Positions 40,394 through 54,289 of a DNA stretch of 64,000 bases are shown piece by piece. The first letter of the stretch is position 1; each line of letters begins with the position of its first letter. Where the stretch lies: assembly GCF_006345805.1 (NCBI RefSeq), contig NC_042997.1:133548001-133612000 (forward strand), in the 5' to 3' direction. The notes beneath the pieces are model-generated. The model saw only the letters and a list, made by a program, of their open reading frames with translations. It was not told the DNA's origin and made no database searches. This DNA is from Octopus sinensis. Its lineage: Eukaryota. Made by a program: the position numbers and the translations under genes.

Positions 40394-42439
40394 TATTCTC
40401 TTCTGTTAACCTAACTAGCACCCTACCCAAAACTACCTTGGTTAACTCCACCTGCCTATTGTTCATAGTGTGTTACGCTAAAATTCTTAAGCTACATGAA
40501 CATGTAATAGTTAAAGCCGGATCGATTTCGTCAGTCTGTGAGAGTCAGGAAAAGTAAGGCTATATATCTTTATTCATCATAAATATAATATAAAAAATGT
40601 ATTAAAAATAGTAAAAACTGAACGCAAGAAAAAGAGAAGCACAAAAATAAGGAAAAAAAAAAGCATATTCGCGCAAATACTTTATATTGTAATATTGTTT
40701 GTTGTACCTGGAAGATTTTTCAAGACTCGGAAGTAAAAAAAAAAAAAACAGAATGCTTAAAAAACTATTTAAGAAGTGTTTTTCGGCGTTGAGATGTTGA
40801 CGTACTTCGTTCTTGGGATTTCTTTTTACTCTCATCCCTCTGAGTTCAAATGCCGCCGAACTCAACTTTATCTTTTCGGGATAAGAAAAATGATGCTATG
40901 CTGTTGCTAAAAGATCCTGGACGCTCATGGTCATGCATGCTGGGTAATGACCAAAAGAGTTCGAATCGTGAATATTAGGTTGTCAAGCATGAAGTTTGTT
41001 TGAAATTTGTAGATAAAAAAAGTTTGTTAATGTTTTATGAATACATGGAATAGTTTTATTCATCAAAGTGTGCACCCATATTGTCAATACACTTTTCCCG
41101 TTTCAGCGGTTGTTTGTCCAGCCCGGAATTGTAAAAGCCTGGCAATCTAGAGTCAATAAAATCTTGGAAGGCCTGTTTTACAGCATCGTCGGAATTAAAT
41201 TTTTTTCCTATCAAAATGTTATCCGAAATCTGGAAGAAGTGGTAGTTAGTGGGGACAAGATCAGGTGAGTATGGTGGATGATGGAGAACATCCAACTCCA
41301 AATCCTGTAGTTTCACCAATGTCATTTTTGTGATGTGTGGTCTGGCGTTCTCTTGTAATTAAATAGGAGTGGATCTGTTGATTAATCTGGGCTGTTTTTT
41401 GTAAGTTTCTGCATCATTAGGTCTATTTGGCTGCAGTATAATTCGGCTGTGATTGATTCCAATTTCTTTTTGAATCCGCGTATTTACGACCAGGAAGTTA
41501 TAGTAGTCGACTTTCGCTGAAATAACTAATGTTTAAAAGAGACGACTGAAAATTTGTAGCCACAGACTATTTGAAAAATAAAGTTGAAGAATAGCACCGA
41601 CAACAGTGGCAGGTACTAAATTACTATCATCAGTAATTTTTTTTTTACAGAGATGTACATGCACAGCAAGTTACCTGATCAGAGATCGTGTGCTGGAACG
41701 AAAACAGTTGCAGCGTGGAAGGTGTTTATAAGCCATTTAAAATACACACAAAAACCGTTAGATTCACTTCAACATTTACATTAAAATTTAATTTGCCAAA
41801 ATATTTTCGTCGCTTTGAGATCCATCCGTCCAACCACCCTTCCATACATACATTCATACATACATTCATACATACATTCATACATACATTCATACATACA
41901 TTCATACATACATGCATATATATACTTATGCACGTGTCAAAGCCTGCTAATATATCTATCAGTACACAGCACATATACATACATGCTGAACTACCTTGTT
42001 GATTTTAAAATTCTGATGCAGAAATGTATAGTCATTGTACTCCTAGAACTGAAATACAAAGAAAAACATTGTTTTATCTTAAATTCTGATGGTCTAGGTA
42101 AAACCATGAATTTAGTTTGTAAATAGAAGGCATAAACGGCCGAGATGTATGAAGTGGTTAAATGAAGAGCAATTCAACGATGGAACTTATACATGAACAT
42201 TTAACCGACGAAAAGCAGCTAAAACTCTCTCAGTTGCAGTTTTTAAAAGAGAAATATCAAAAGAGAATAATGTTACGACTGGGGTGTCTTTGCGAAAAGA
42301 TCTGCTTGGTCAGGGCCAAAGTAAGTCTAAACAAGAACAGAAAAATTAACACCAACAAAAATAGGTAATGTATCCAGGAAGAGAGAGAAGTGAAATAACT
42401 AAATTCGTTACCATCGGTTCGGTCATCCTACACACCTTT

Positions 42440-42880
42440 TGCTGTGATCTTGAATCTTGAGAAGGAATCGAAAAGAATTCGATCGCAAATAAAAGCAGAC
42501 GAAATAGGGTTCTTTAGAAGAATTGCTGGCGTAAAGTTACACGTCAGGGAGTGTAGCTCGGAAATCAAGATGTCGCTCCACGTCGATTCACTACCTTTAC
42601 GCATTGAGAGGTGACAGTTCCTGCACTATTGGCATGTGGTTAGTATTGTCAGAAGGAAAAAATCATTAGACCGTCGTTACGTGCTAAGCCAAACGGTAAG
42701 AAGACCTTGGGCTAGATCCGTGTGCGAGATGGTTGGATTCTAGCTATAGCTTTGGTCAAATCTGCTTTGGAATTCATCTGGAACACTTTGCTGATTCTTG
42801 CATCTGTGAAGACTCTCTGGAGGAGATGTCTGAGGAATCTTCTCCACGACTCCTGCAGCAATAGTGAGCTATGAATAGGT
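42440..42880 (+). mobile_element. RTE-clade LINE 3' remnant
   Basis: IRSQIKADEIGFFRRIAGVKL, LRIER*QFLHYWHV, AKPNGKK. Confidence 0.75.
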
Positions 42881-43982
42881 GGATCAAGGGATGGCCTGAT
42901 GGATGCACGGACAAACGGACGGACAGACAAACAGACGGACGGCTGGATGGATGGACAAGTACAGTATTAGGCTAAAATTCTTAAGTTGTAATAGTTCTTC
43001 TCTCTCATAGAACACATTATATTCGTAGGGGGGGGGGCTGGTATGTTTGATTATCGGAAGTTTTTGGAAAGTTTGGATACTGAGCACAATATCCCAAAAC
43101 ACAAAATTTTAAAAACATCTATTTATTTTAGGAGGTAGGTAAAGAAAGAGAGAAAGAAAAAGAAAGAAAGAAAGAAAGAAAGAAAAAGAAAGAAAGAAAG
43201 AAAGGAAGAAAGAGGGGAATGAATGAATGAATGAATGAATGAATGAATGAAGGAAGGAAGGAAGGAAGGAAGGAAGGAAGGAAGGAAGAAAGGAAGGAAA
43301 GAAAGAAAAGGGAAAAGGAAAATAAGAAAGAGTGAAGAAGTTCTAAGAAATAGAATGTTTTGCTGAGCAGGCTGGAGATTCAATTAGTTTTATGGAAAGA
43401 TTTTGTGTTCATTAGACAGGTGTGTGAAAGCTAATAAGAAAATATATGGTTGTTGTTGTTGTGAATACAGAATTGTGAAAGCATAGAAAACATGAAGTGA
43501 GAAGTAGGAATGAATAATTGCAAGAGAGGAGCGTGAAGACTAGAAAGAAGAAAGTATATTTAATAAATGGGAGTATAAAGTCGAATAAGTAAGATTTATG
43601 ACATCGTAACTGACAGTCTAGAGAAAGGGGAAAAAAAGTGAAAAAGAGAAGTGATTGTATTCAAGTATATAGAGTGCCGAATAATAACGGAAGGGAGAAA
43701 TAGAAATATATATGGAGCTTACAGCAATATAAAGATGTGAAAGGTACGAGAAAATGCGAAGTGGAGAGAGACATTTTGGAGTACAGAGAAAGCAGCTGAT
43801 CATTGATTAAATAAAAAAAAAAAACATAATATAGTGAAAATAAAGTTAAAAGCTATACAAGCTTCAATGGCCAAATAGAAGAACTTGAATTTGCCTATTA
43901 AATCTCATATGTTAAACTATTTTTATCGTACTGTATGTCATACTATATTCAGGCAATGATCAACTGTTTCCTCTCAACTGCC

Positions 43983-44029
<47 letters not shown>

Positions 44030-44057
44030 ACACATATATATATATATATATACACAA

Positions 44058-44092
<35 letters not shown>

Positions 44093-44320
44093 TATTTATA
44101 TATTATATTAAATTAGAGACATATATATATTTATATATATATTTATATATATATATATGTACGTATGTATACATGTATGCATGTATGTATGTGTGCATAT
44201 ATATTTATGTGCATGTATATATATATTCTTGTTAATCCGTCTTTCTATTTCCCCTTTCTTTTATTCTAGAACACTCCGTAAAGTTAAATATTTTCACCCG
44301 TCCATCTCTCCTTCTTTGTA

Positions 44321-44351
<31 letters not shown>

Positions 44352-45184
44352 CTTTTCTTCTTTTTCCACACACACACACACACACACACACACATGGTTG
44401 GCTACTTCATCAAAAACCTTGCGCATTCTTTTTCGTCTTCTCACTCTTTTCTAATATATATATATATATAATCTTTCCTAGTCTCGCGCTCTTCTCCCGA
44501 ACAAATACACCTACTTCTTTCTTTTCCATTACACTAATTTTACTTCTGTGTGTGTGTGTGTGTGTGTCTCACTCTCTTTCTCTCTCCAACTCTTCTCTGC
44601 ATTTAGTCCAATTTCTTACATAATACCAACACTACCACTTCCAATTTCCTTTCACATTCCCCATTAATAAATGCAACTGATAAAGCCATATTGTATCCAC
44701 CGGCATCGTGTGAAATATCTACATCCTATTACTTATTCTGTCATATCTTTCCTTTATCCTCTCTTTTTTTCTTTCTTTCTTGCTTACTTTCCTTCTCTAT
44801 CCACTTTTCATATTTCTTTATAGTCCCTATTCATTCTATTCTGTAAGTATCTCTTCCTGCTCTTTCTCTCCGTGTGCTCCCGCTTTCTCTTTGCCTCCTT
44901 TCGTAGTTTTCCTCGCTCTATCTGTAGCCTTTATATCTAAACACTTTATCAAACGTAACATATTTTAAGTATTATACATTTTTAACAGTCTGAATATTAG
45001 TACACACTCATAAGCCAAATGCTTATCATCTATATAAGCATGATTTAAAGCATAGCCTGCAATAGAAGTGAAAAGCGTTAACGGAAAACTAGGAGTAAAG
45101 ATGGTGCACAATCTTAGCTTTAATTACTATAGTTGTTGTAGTTGACTTCTTCTTCTTCTTTTTCTTCTTCTTCTTCTTCTTCCA

Positions 45185-45500
45185 ATCAGGATTTGCTACA
45201 AAGAACAATCTCTAATTCGAGCCTACTCTAAGCTACAAAGAATGCGTGCGGCAACTTGAAGATCCACCCACCACACGCAATAGAGTGGTGGTTTCACGGG
45301 CGCAAAATCTACGCTGTTATCCTCATTCCGTAAACGGGTGGAGAACTGAACCATACTGGGGTACAGAGGATTCGCAATCTAGACTAGGGTCTGAAAGTTT
45401 ACCACGCCATAATGGGTTACACCATGGTTCCTCTGCTTTGTGGCAGAAGTAGGAAGAAAGAGTGAAAGAAAGTTGTGGTGAAAGAGTACAGCGGGGTTCA
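45185..45500 (-). mobile_element. 5'-truncated SINE B with tail S and (GAA)n end
   Basis: Reverse complement homolog of 24780-25010. Confidence 0.75.
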
Positions 45501-45532
45501 ACACTGTTGTTGTTGTTGTTGTTGTTCTGCTT

Positions 45533-45563
<31 letters not shown>

Positions 45564-45587
45564 TTATTATTATTATTATTATTATTA

Positions 45588-45617
<30 letters not shown>

Positions 45618-45618
<1 letters not shown>

Positions 45619-45860
45619 GCCTTTGCACAGCTTCTAACGCTGAAGATGTACTACGGTGGCAGGTGTTCACTACCAGTGAACTAAGGTAACGCCTCTTATT
45701 TTTTGAGCACCTTCCGGAGTATTCCAGGCAGTGCTGTTTTCTGCAACTGCTCCACCCTTATTGCAGCCCCTATTTATTCCATGTACTTTTCAAAATTTTT
45801 ACTCACTGTTCCCAGGGCTCCGACGATTGTTGGTACAACTACCACCTTTTACATCGACCA
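45618..45860 (-). mobile_element. R4-like RLE LINE 3' end with (AAT)n tail
   Basis: VVVPTIVGALGTVSKNFEKYME..VEQLQKTAL..LRKVLKK*; ends gcaaaggcaataataat. Confidence 0.8.
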
Positions 45861-45913
45861 TAACTGCTTAACCTCCCAAGGTAACCTGTCTTATCTATCG
45901 ACTTTTCCTTCTT

Positions 45914-46040
<127 letters not shown>

Positions 46041-46059
46041 AAGAAAGATAGATAGATAA

Positions 46060-46515
46060 GTTTCTTTATTGGCCACACAGGGCTGCACACAGATGGGACA
46101 AGTTACAAGGTAGAGCTTTTCTTTTGGGGGATGAAAAAAAGGGGGTGGCGTAGGTTTTCGATCAAGAGGGATCGTAAAAGGGAAGAAAAGAACAAAAAAA
46201 AATGAAAAAAAATAGAATAAAAAATAAAAAGAATAAAAGAAAAGAAAAAAAAGAAAGGGAAAAGGAACAAAAGAAAAGAGAAATGAAAAAAGAAGAAAAA
46301 GGGGGGAAAAAGGGGAAGAGGGAAAAAAAAAGGAACGATCAATAGGGATCGTGTATCACAGTGTTATGATATATGGTGTAAAGGGGAAAGCAAATAAGGT
46401 TTATCCGTGGGAAGAAAAGCCTACGAAAAAGACCACGGTAACCTTGGTCAATATTGTTATATGTTACCACATTTGTTTGCAAGTGGGTAACCCTCTGTTT
46501 TCAATTTCTGGGTTC
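46060..46515 (-). mobile_element. Tx1/L1-like LINE 3' UTR copy with (GATA)n on both sides
   Basis: Ends ctgtgtggccaataaagaaac|ttatctatc; 5' truncation runs directly into gatagatag. Confidence 0.85.
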
Positions 46516-46623
<108 letters not shown>

Positions 46624-47039
46624 CATTAGATTAGATTAAATAGATAGACATGTATGCTTACTAAAGTTTACAATTCTAAAAATTGGTGTTGTTGTTCATG
46701 TTGTGTCATTTTATATCCCCTAATTTGGCATTTCAACAAGTAGATATCGATAAAATAAATAACAAACTGAAAGGCGTGGATGTGATCGATTAAACCAGTT
46801 CTTATAACAGAAACTAGAAAAAATAAAAGAATATTGATTTTTTTGTTTTTTTGTTAATCTATATGGTTAGAAAGCTCACTTTTGCAGCCATATAATTTTG
46901 TATTTAGTCCCACAGCGCAAGTGTCTTCTATTACAGCCCTGGGCCGACTAATGCGTAGTTAGTGAATGTAGTTTTCAGAGACTGTGTGGAATCCCATGGT
47001 ATATATGCGTATGTTTTTGTGCTGGTATTTGTACCCCCC

Positions 47040-47392
47040 CTCCACCACTTGATGATTACTGTTGGTTTCTTTATGTGCTCGTAACTTAGCGATTCGACAA
47101 AATATTCCGATAGAATAAGCGTCCGACTTTAAAATAAGCACTGGAATCAACAAGCTTCGTAAAACCTTTTTATGGTAATACTCCAGTATGGCCGCAACCC
47201 AATGACTGAGACAAGTAAAAGATAAAAGATAAACAGGCGCAGGCTTGGCTGTGTGGTAAGAAGCTTGCTTCTCAAAAACAGTTCTGGGTTCAGTTCCACT
47301 GCTTGACACCTTGGGCAAGTGTCTTCTACTATAGCCTTGGGCTGACCGAAGCCTTGTAAATGGAAACTGAAAGAAGCCTGTCGTGGGTGGGT
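47040..47392 (+). mobile_element. SINE D tail followed by a SINE D head
   Basis: ...gactgagacaagtaaaagataaaagata then aggcgcaggcttggctgtgtggtaagaagcttgc. Confidence 0.75.
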
Positions 47393-47396
47393 GTGT

Positions 47397-47459
<63 letters not shown>

Positions 47460-47460
47460 T

Positions 47461-48499
47461 GTTTCTTTATTAGCCACACAGGGCTGCACACAGATAGAAC
47501 AAATTACAAGGTAGAGCTTTTCTTTTGAAGGTTTAAAAAAAATAAAAAATAAAAAATAAAAAAAAATAAAATAAAAAAATAAGAAAAAAATAAAATAAAA
47601 TAAAATAAAAAAAAAGGGGGGTCGATCAAAAGGGATCGTAAAATGAGAGAAAGAGGACAAAAAAAAAAAGGGGAGGGGGTTAAAAAAAAGGGGGAGAGGA
47701 AAAAAATTGATCAATAGGGATCGTTATCACAGAAATGTCAATATGAAGTGTAAAGGGGGGGACAGGTGAGGTTACCGTGGAAAGAAAAGCCTACGGAAAA
47801 GACCACGGTAACCTCGGTCAATGAAGTCACATGTTATATTTCTTTTTTTTTTTTTTTTTTTGCAAATAAGCAACTCTCTGTATTAATTTTTACGGTTCAT
47901 AGAATCATAGTCAAGGTGGCTTCGTCATTCATACGTGCCATCCTTGCTACATTCACCCATCTTTTTTAAAACATTCACTAGACAAAACTTGCCTCTCTAC
48001 TCTCACTTTTTTCTTCAAGTGATACTTGAAGAAGTTGATGAGGATTGACCAGAGAGGAAAGTGTTTGTCTCTAATCCTTTCAGACGCGTCCACCAGATAC
48101 ATTCTTTCGCCATAGCCACAAGTATGATAAAAAAGCTCTTCCTTCCCGTTTGAAGGAAGGAGGCGTGACGATATTAACGATAGACTCGGCTGATAAACCG
48201 ACACGTCCCACACGTGACAGCAGTCGTTCGACATAAGCCCACAGGTGGGAAATTGCTGGACACTGCACGATTGCGTGCAGAGCGGTTTCGTCGCTCTGCC
48301 CGCATCTCGGGCAGGTCGGCCCCGTGTTTCTCGAGCCATGCCTATAGAGCTTATCCCGAACGGGTAGCGCTTCTCGGTAGCACCGCCAGGCCAGGGATCT
48401 CTGGAAGTTGTCCATAGGTCCCGGGCCGAAAGTCGTTTGAAACAGGCGGGTCAGGTATTCCTCGTCGACGCCCAGGTTTGCCCCGAGCTCGTCGTCGTA
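47461..48499 (-). mobile_element. 5'-truncated Tx1/L1-clade LINE (ORF2 C-terminus with CCHC zinc-binding motif plus 3' UTR) in (GATA/GACA)n
   Basis: FQRSLAWRCYREALPVRDKLYRHG...TCPRCGQSDETALHAIVQCP..LWAYVERLL, then INFFKYHLKKKVRVER; polypyrimidine 3' UTR; aataaa 5 nt before the junction. Confidence 0.88.
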
Positions 48500-48514
48500 G
48501 ACAGTCAGACAGAC

Positions 48515-48565
<51 letters not shown>

Positions 48566-48610
48566 AAGACAGAAAGACAGACAGACAGACAGACAGTCAG
48601 ACAGACAGTC

Positions 48611-48657
<47 letters not shown>

Positions 48658-48658
48658 G

Positions 48659-48707
<49 letters not shown>

Positions 48708-50343
48708 CAAACATACATGTACACACACACACATATATGTATGTATATATTTAATTGCGTGTGTGTGTTTGCCCACCACCACCACCACCACCATCACTTG
48801 ACGCCCGATGTTGGTGCGCTTACGTCCCAGTAACTTAACGTTTCAGCAAATGAGACCGATACAGTAAGTACTAGGCTTACAACGAATAAGTCCTGGGTTC
48901 AATTTTGTCCGACTACCCCCCCACCGCCTTAAGGTGGTGCTCCAGCATGGCCGTAGCCAAATGACTGAAACAAGTAAAAGAATAAACGAATAAAAGAATA
49001 GAAGAATAGAAGAATAATCAAATCTGCTTCATCGGTTGCACCGTACAAAAACTGGTTTTACTTCCCCTCTCGGTCAGGTACAGAGAGAGTAAATGTCCAA
49101 AGGAAATTGTTCCCCGTATCTGCTTAATGTCTCAAAAATAACGTTCATTATCGACCAATGGTTTCCATGTGAAAGGGGTGAGTGTGTAGATTAACCTTGG
49201 TTTTAACTGAGGAGCGTTCGTTCCTCAGGGGAAAATGTACGTTTCATCTGTTTAACGCCTCAGTAACTGGATTTTAAGTTCCGACAGTGAGAGTCATCAG
49301 ATCTGTGGTGTTTTCGCATAAAGAATTCTGATCCCAATATTGTTTTTAAGTTGAAAATGAACAGGGTGTAAAAGGATGCAGGGGGGGGGGGGCAGAGGGG
49401 TTTGACGCTAAGAATAAAACAAAAACAACGCCTATATTAACAAAGTGGTTTATAGAAGTACTTAAATTTAATGGACCGTGTGTGCACTGTTTTAGATAAA
49501 GAAGGATACAGATGGCGATTGTAGTTCAGTGGTTAGATATACATTACATATTTAGGGCAACAGAGAAATTCTCTAGAGGAAAGATGAAAGCTTCGCAAAG
49601 GACATTTTCGCTCATATTTCTTGATAAATGGTAATAAATAACCATTACATCCATCGGCATCTAACACATCTAGTCCTCACTTACCCTACTTCTCTCTCTC
49701 TCTCCTTCCCTCTCTCTCTCTTTCTCCCTCTCCCTCTCTCTCTCTCTCCCTCTTTCTCCCTCTCTCTCTCTTTCTCGCTCTCGCTTTCTTTCTTTGTGTC
49801 ACCCGAACTCTGTGCATACCAGAGTCTTCTCTCTCTCTCTCTCTCTATTTAAAACATCATTAGCTGTGACCCCTTCCCACGCTCTCAAACATTTCTCTTC
49901 GTCATCTTCAATTAAATAATAGGATTTTACAAAAATACATAAAATACACTCACCATAATAATCTGAAAAACAGAAGATAGGAGAAAATCGAGAACAGGTC
50001 TGCGGGCCACAATTGTGGAAGTCGCGAGCAACCCCATCCTATCCTATCAGTATTTAACACTACGTCATTGTATGTGTCCTTAAAAACCATCAGTAGGATG
50101 GGACTTGAAAAGGAATTAGCTGCTCTTTCTTTCAAGTCAGTTGATTACATGAAAATTCCTTTTACATTTTACTTATAATATTTTTCAGTCGTAAACTGCG
50201 GCCATGTTGGGGCAGCGCCTTAAAATATTTTTAGAATGAATATTTTTTTTAAAGCCTTGTACTTATTCTATCGATCCCTAACCGCTAGGTTACTGGAACG
50301 TAAAAAACACAACGCCGTTTGTCAAGCGATTGTGGGAGACACA

Positions 50344-50379
<36 letters not shown>

Positions 50380-50639
50380 ACACACACACATACACACACA
50401 CACAAACACACATACATACATTCTGCGGTCAAATCTTACCATTGCTGATAAAATAAACTATTGGTAATAGAGCAAAGTCAGATTTAGTTAACTTTAATCG
50501 TCCCTCTGACAATCGAGCAATGTTAAACATCTGCGCAACTACGTATGTGATGTAACGGTAAAGTTCAGTAGAACTGCAGAATAGAATTCCTGGTGGGATC
50601 TAGTAGTGTACCTCACGTTCTGAATTCAAATAATAACGA

Positions 50640-51058
50640 AGGCGCAGGGCCAGCAAATTTAGGGTAGGGGGCAAATCGATTGTATCGACCCCTAGTGTTC
50701 AACTGGTACGTACTGTATTAACTTCGAATGGGTGAAAGACAAGGCTGTCCTCGAAAGAATTTGAATTTCGAACGTAGAGACGGTCGAAGTGTTCTAAGCA
50801 TTTACCTCAGTGGGCTATCGACTCTGCCAATTCGCTGATTAAATGTTGATTTAAAATTTTGGCACAAAGCCAGCAAGTTCTGGAGTTGGGTAAGCCGAAT
50901 ACGTCCATCTCAGCGCTCAGCTGGTATTTAATCGACCTTGAAAGGATGGTAAGCAAAGTCAGCCTCGGAAGAATTTGAATTCAGAACGTAAAGACGGACG
51001 ACACGCCGCTAAGCATCTTGCTCGGAGAGCTTACGATTCTGCCAGTTCGCCGCCTTAT
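50640..51058 (-). mobile_element. Two decayed tandem SINE A copies
   Basis: gcaaagtcagcctcggaagaatttgaattcagaacgt..gccagttcgccgcctt. Confidence 0.7.
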
Positions 51059-51149
51059 ACTAGTTAGATATTGAGATTGATTTCACATTAATCAACTCCA
51101 CACTCAGTTATCCAACAAGTATCTATATCATATTTAATTTTAAAAAAAA

Positions 51150-51472
51150 AGGAGCACTCCGTCGATTGCGACGACGAGGGTCCCAGCTAATACGATCAAC
51201 AGAACAGCCTGCTCGTGAAATTAACGTAGATGTGGCTGAGCACGCCACAGACACGTGTGCCCTTAACGTAGTTCTCAGGGAGATTCAGCGTGACACAGAA
51301 TGTGACAAGGCTGGCCCTTTGAAATACAGGTACTACTCATTTTTGCCACCTGAGTGGACTGGAGCAACATGAAATAAAGTGTCTTGCTCAAGGACACAAC
51401 GCGTCGCCGGGAATTGAACTCACGACCTTACGATCGTGAGCCGAACGCCCTAACCACTAAGCCACGCGCCTT
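51150..51472 (-). mobile_element. SINE with head 2 + central domain + tail P (decayed second copy 56670-56960)
   Basis: gaaggcgcgtggcttagtggttagggcgttcggctcacgatcg..gtgtccttgagcaagacactttatt..aaaaatgagta|gtacctgtatttcaaagggcc. Confidence 0.85.
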
Positions 51473-52192
51473 CACACATAATTAATATTATGGAAGTGTT
51501 TAAGAGTATTTCAAAGCTTTTCGACTCCAGCAAGTAGAAGACATAGAAAAGGCGTACAGAAAAAAAGTTACACAAAAAAGATATGAATGCATAAAAGAAG
51601 TCCACCTCTGCTTCCCCACCCCCACCACCACGCACATTCTCCCCCTCTCTCTCTCCTTCTTTCTTCCTTTCTTTCTTTCTTTCTTTCTACCTTTCCCTCT
51701 AAATCCATTACGTATTGAGAAAGGGCATAGGCAACGACTTAGAGTAGTACTTACTCCAGAAGTAAAAAGTACAGGGCAAGGGTCTTCCAACTTTTCCTCG
51801 TTGAAAGACTCCTATCTTCCTGATATGCTCCAAAGTCTCCCCAATGTGCAAAACATCATAGGACGACCTAATGGGACCATCTCGAGCGTCAAACTGCTTG
51901 TTGTTTATACATCTGTCTTCGTCTTTTGTTTTTCTGTAAATTTCAGCTATATATATATAATATATATATATATATATTATATATATATATATACAGAGAG
52001 AGAGAGTTGTATTAAGGACCTATAAACCTTTAAGGGATGCTAGCATCCTAGTTCTTCAGTTTATACCAGCGTTCATATGACATGCAGACATCACCTTATT
52101 TAAAGACATTCAAAAATGGATTTGAATATCTTTGAATAAGATGATGTCTGCATGTCAATTTCTCCATTTTATTCCATTTGTCATTCATATAA

Positions 52193-52253
<61 letters not shown>

Positions 52254-52878
52254 TGTATGTATGTATGTATGTATGTATGTTGTATGTATATGCATAAATG
52301 TATTATGTATTTACGTATGTATATATGTGAGTGTGTGTGTGTTTATGTATATAGATATTACATATGAATACACACACCCAGCGCACACATGCCCTACATA
52401 CATATATATATATACATATAATTATATATATAATAATAATAATATAAATAATATATATGCATATATACGTACGTATATGTACTTGCGTATATACATATGC
52501 ATATATAGACACAGGACGTCACGGAATGTAAACAACATAAAAGAAAAACGAAAACATGAGATACGAAATACGAATACATGGATATGAACTTTTTTTTTTT
52601 TTTGGCAACAGCGAACGAAGCAAATGGAAAGCGAGACAAGTTACATGACAAACGACTCTTCATCAATTGTCAGCTGTCCATCTACTCCTCATTTCGAGCA
52701 TTGAACAACAATATGAGTCTTCGAAGGGGAGTTGCTCCCTCAAACGAAAATAAAATTTGGGATTTCGGAGGTTCAAGGTAAGTAACAAAAACATTTTGTG
52801 ACGTCCTGTATCCATATATGCATAATGTGTGTGTGTGTGTGGTGTGTGTGTGTGTGGTACATATACATATTTCTATGC

Positions 52879-52913
<35 letters not shown>

Positions 52914-52928
52914 CATATTTTTATGTAT

Positions 52929-53012
<84 letters not shown>

Positions 53013-53214
53013 ATATATTATGTATATATATAATATATGTATATATAATATATGTATATATATATATGTGTATTTGGTTTTTGGAATAACCCTCTTTAGC
53101 CCTTAATTATGGATGTATATTGCAACCGTAACGTTTTTTTAAATATACTGCCCACGCTTCCTGATGAATTCCTTTGCTGTAGTGTAAGGGCTTCATCCTA
53201 TATTGCTTAGTATA

Positions 53215-53252
<38 letters not shown>

Positions 53253-53385
53253 TTCAATTCTTTGGACTTTTTCTATATTCCTCTTTTCTTTCCTTTTCTG
53301 AGTGTCCAATAACACTGTACTTATTTCACGTCCTCACATTGTTGCTTTTTCTTGCTTGTTCATGTCTAGATTAACTATATATCTA

Positions 53386-53434
<49 letters not shown>

Positions 53435-53453
53435 CTATCTATCTATCTATCTA

Positions 53454-53490
<37 letters not shown>

Positions 53491-53999
53491 ATATATTATA
53501 TATATATTATATATATATATATAGGGCCTTCAAGAAATTATGTAAGGTGACCTACTACAATGGTGCCTATCCGCGGTAGTGAGGTGGAGAGTGTTCACGC
53601 GAATTCCAAACAGCTGAGAGTTATTTATTTATTTAATTATTTATTTATTCATTTCGGCTACTGGAGGTATAGCTCCACAGCTGTCGAGTTGATGGCGCTT
53701 ATTTCGGCAGAAACTCGTGTGTCCACGGATGTTCTCTCTCTCCAAATAATCAGCATCTTTTAATTGCAGATCAATTTTGAAGAATATACTTGATTCGTAA
53801 GATTATCACTTTCTCGTAAGTAGTCGGGTTTAATTGGCCATTTGGTATTTTTAAAACTTGATCTATATGGCATGTGATAAACCTGCCTTTGTGTGTGTAT
53901 GTACATACATACATGCATACATTCATACACACATACACGCACACAGAATATATATCTAAACATAGATACCCTCATATATACGTGTGCATATATATATTT

Positions 54000-54043
<44 letters not shown>

Positions 54044-54072
54044 ATATATACTTACATATACACATACAAATA

Positions 54073-54157
<85 letters not shown>

Positions 54158-54167
54158 TATATATATA

Positions 54168-54211
<44 letters not shown>

Positions 54212-54229
54212 TTACATATACACATACAG

Positions 54230-54272
<43 letters not shown>

Positions 54273-54289
54273 ATATAATATATATATAG

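Larger units (their letters stand above)
37325..42027. repeat. Near-identical inverted duplication: arms 37325-38781 and 40561-42027, ~1.78-kb spacer
   Basis: The arms align end to end across a microsatellite, a mariner fragment and a SINE fragment; the differences seen are mostly 1-2 bp indels. Confidence 0.95.

Noticed and set aside
37325-42027. Single giant TIR/foldback transposon
   Set aside because: The arms are a mosaic of unrelated older repeats, no TSD is seen, and the spacer has no transposase; treated as a duplication or artefact.
53770-53815. Possible small plus-strand exon (ttgcag|...|gtaaga or gtaagt)
   Set aside because: The version using the best donor has stops in all frames; the shorter one is too weak to call.
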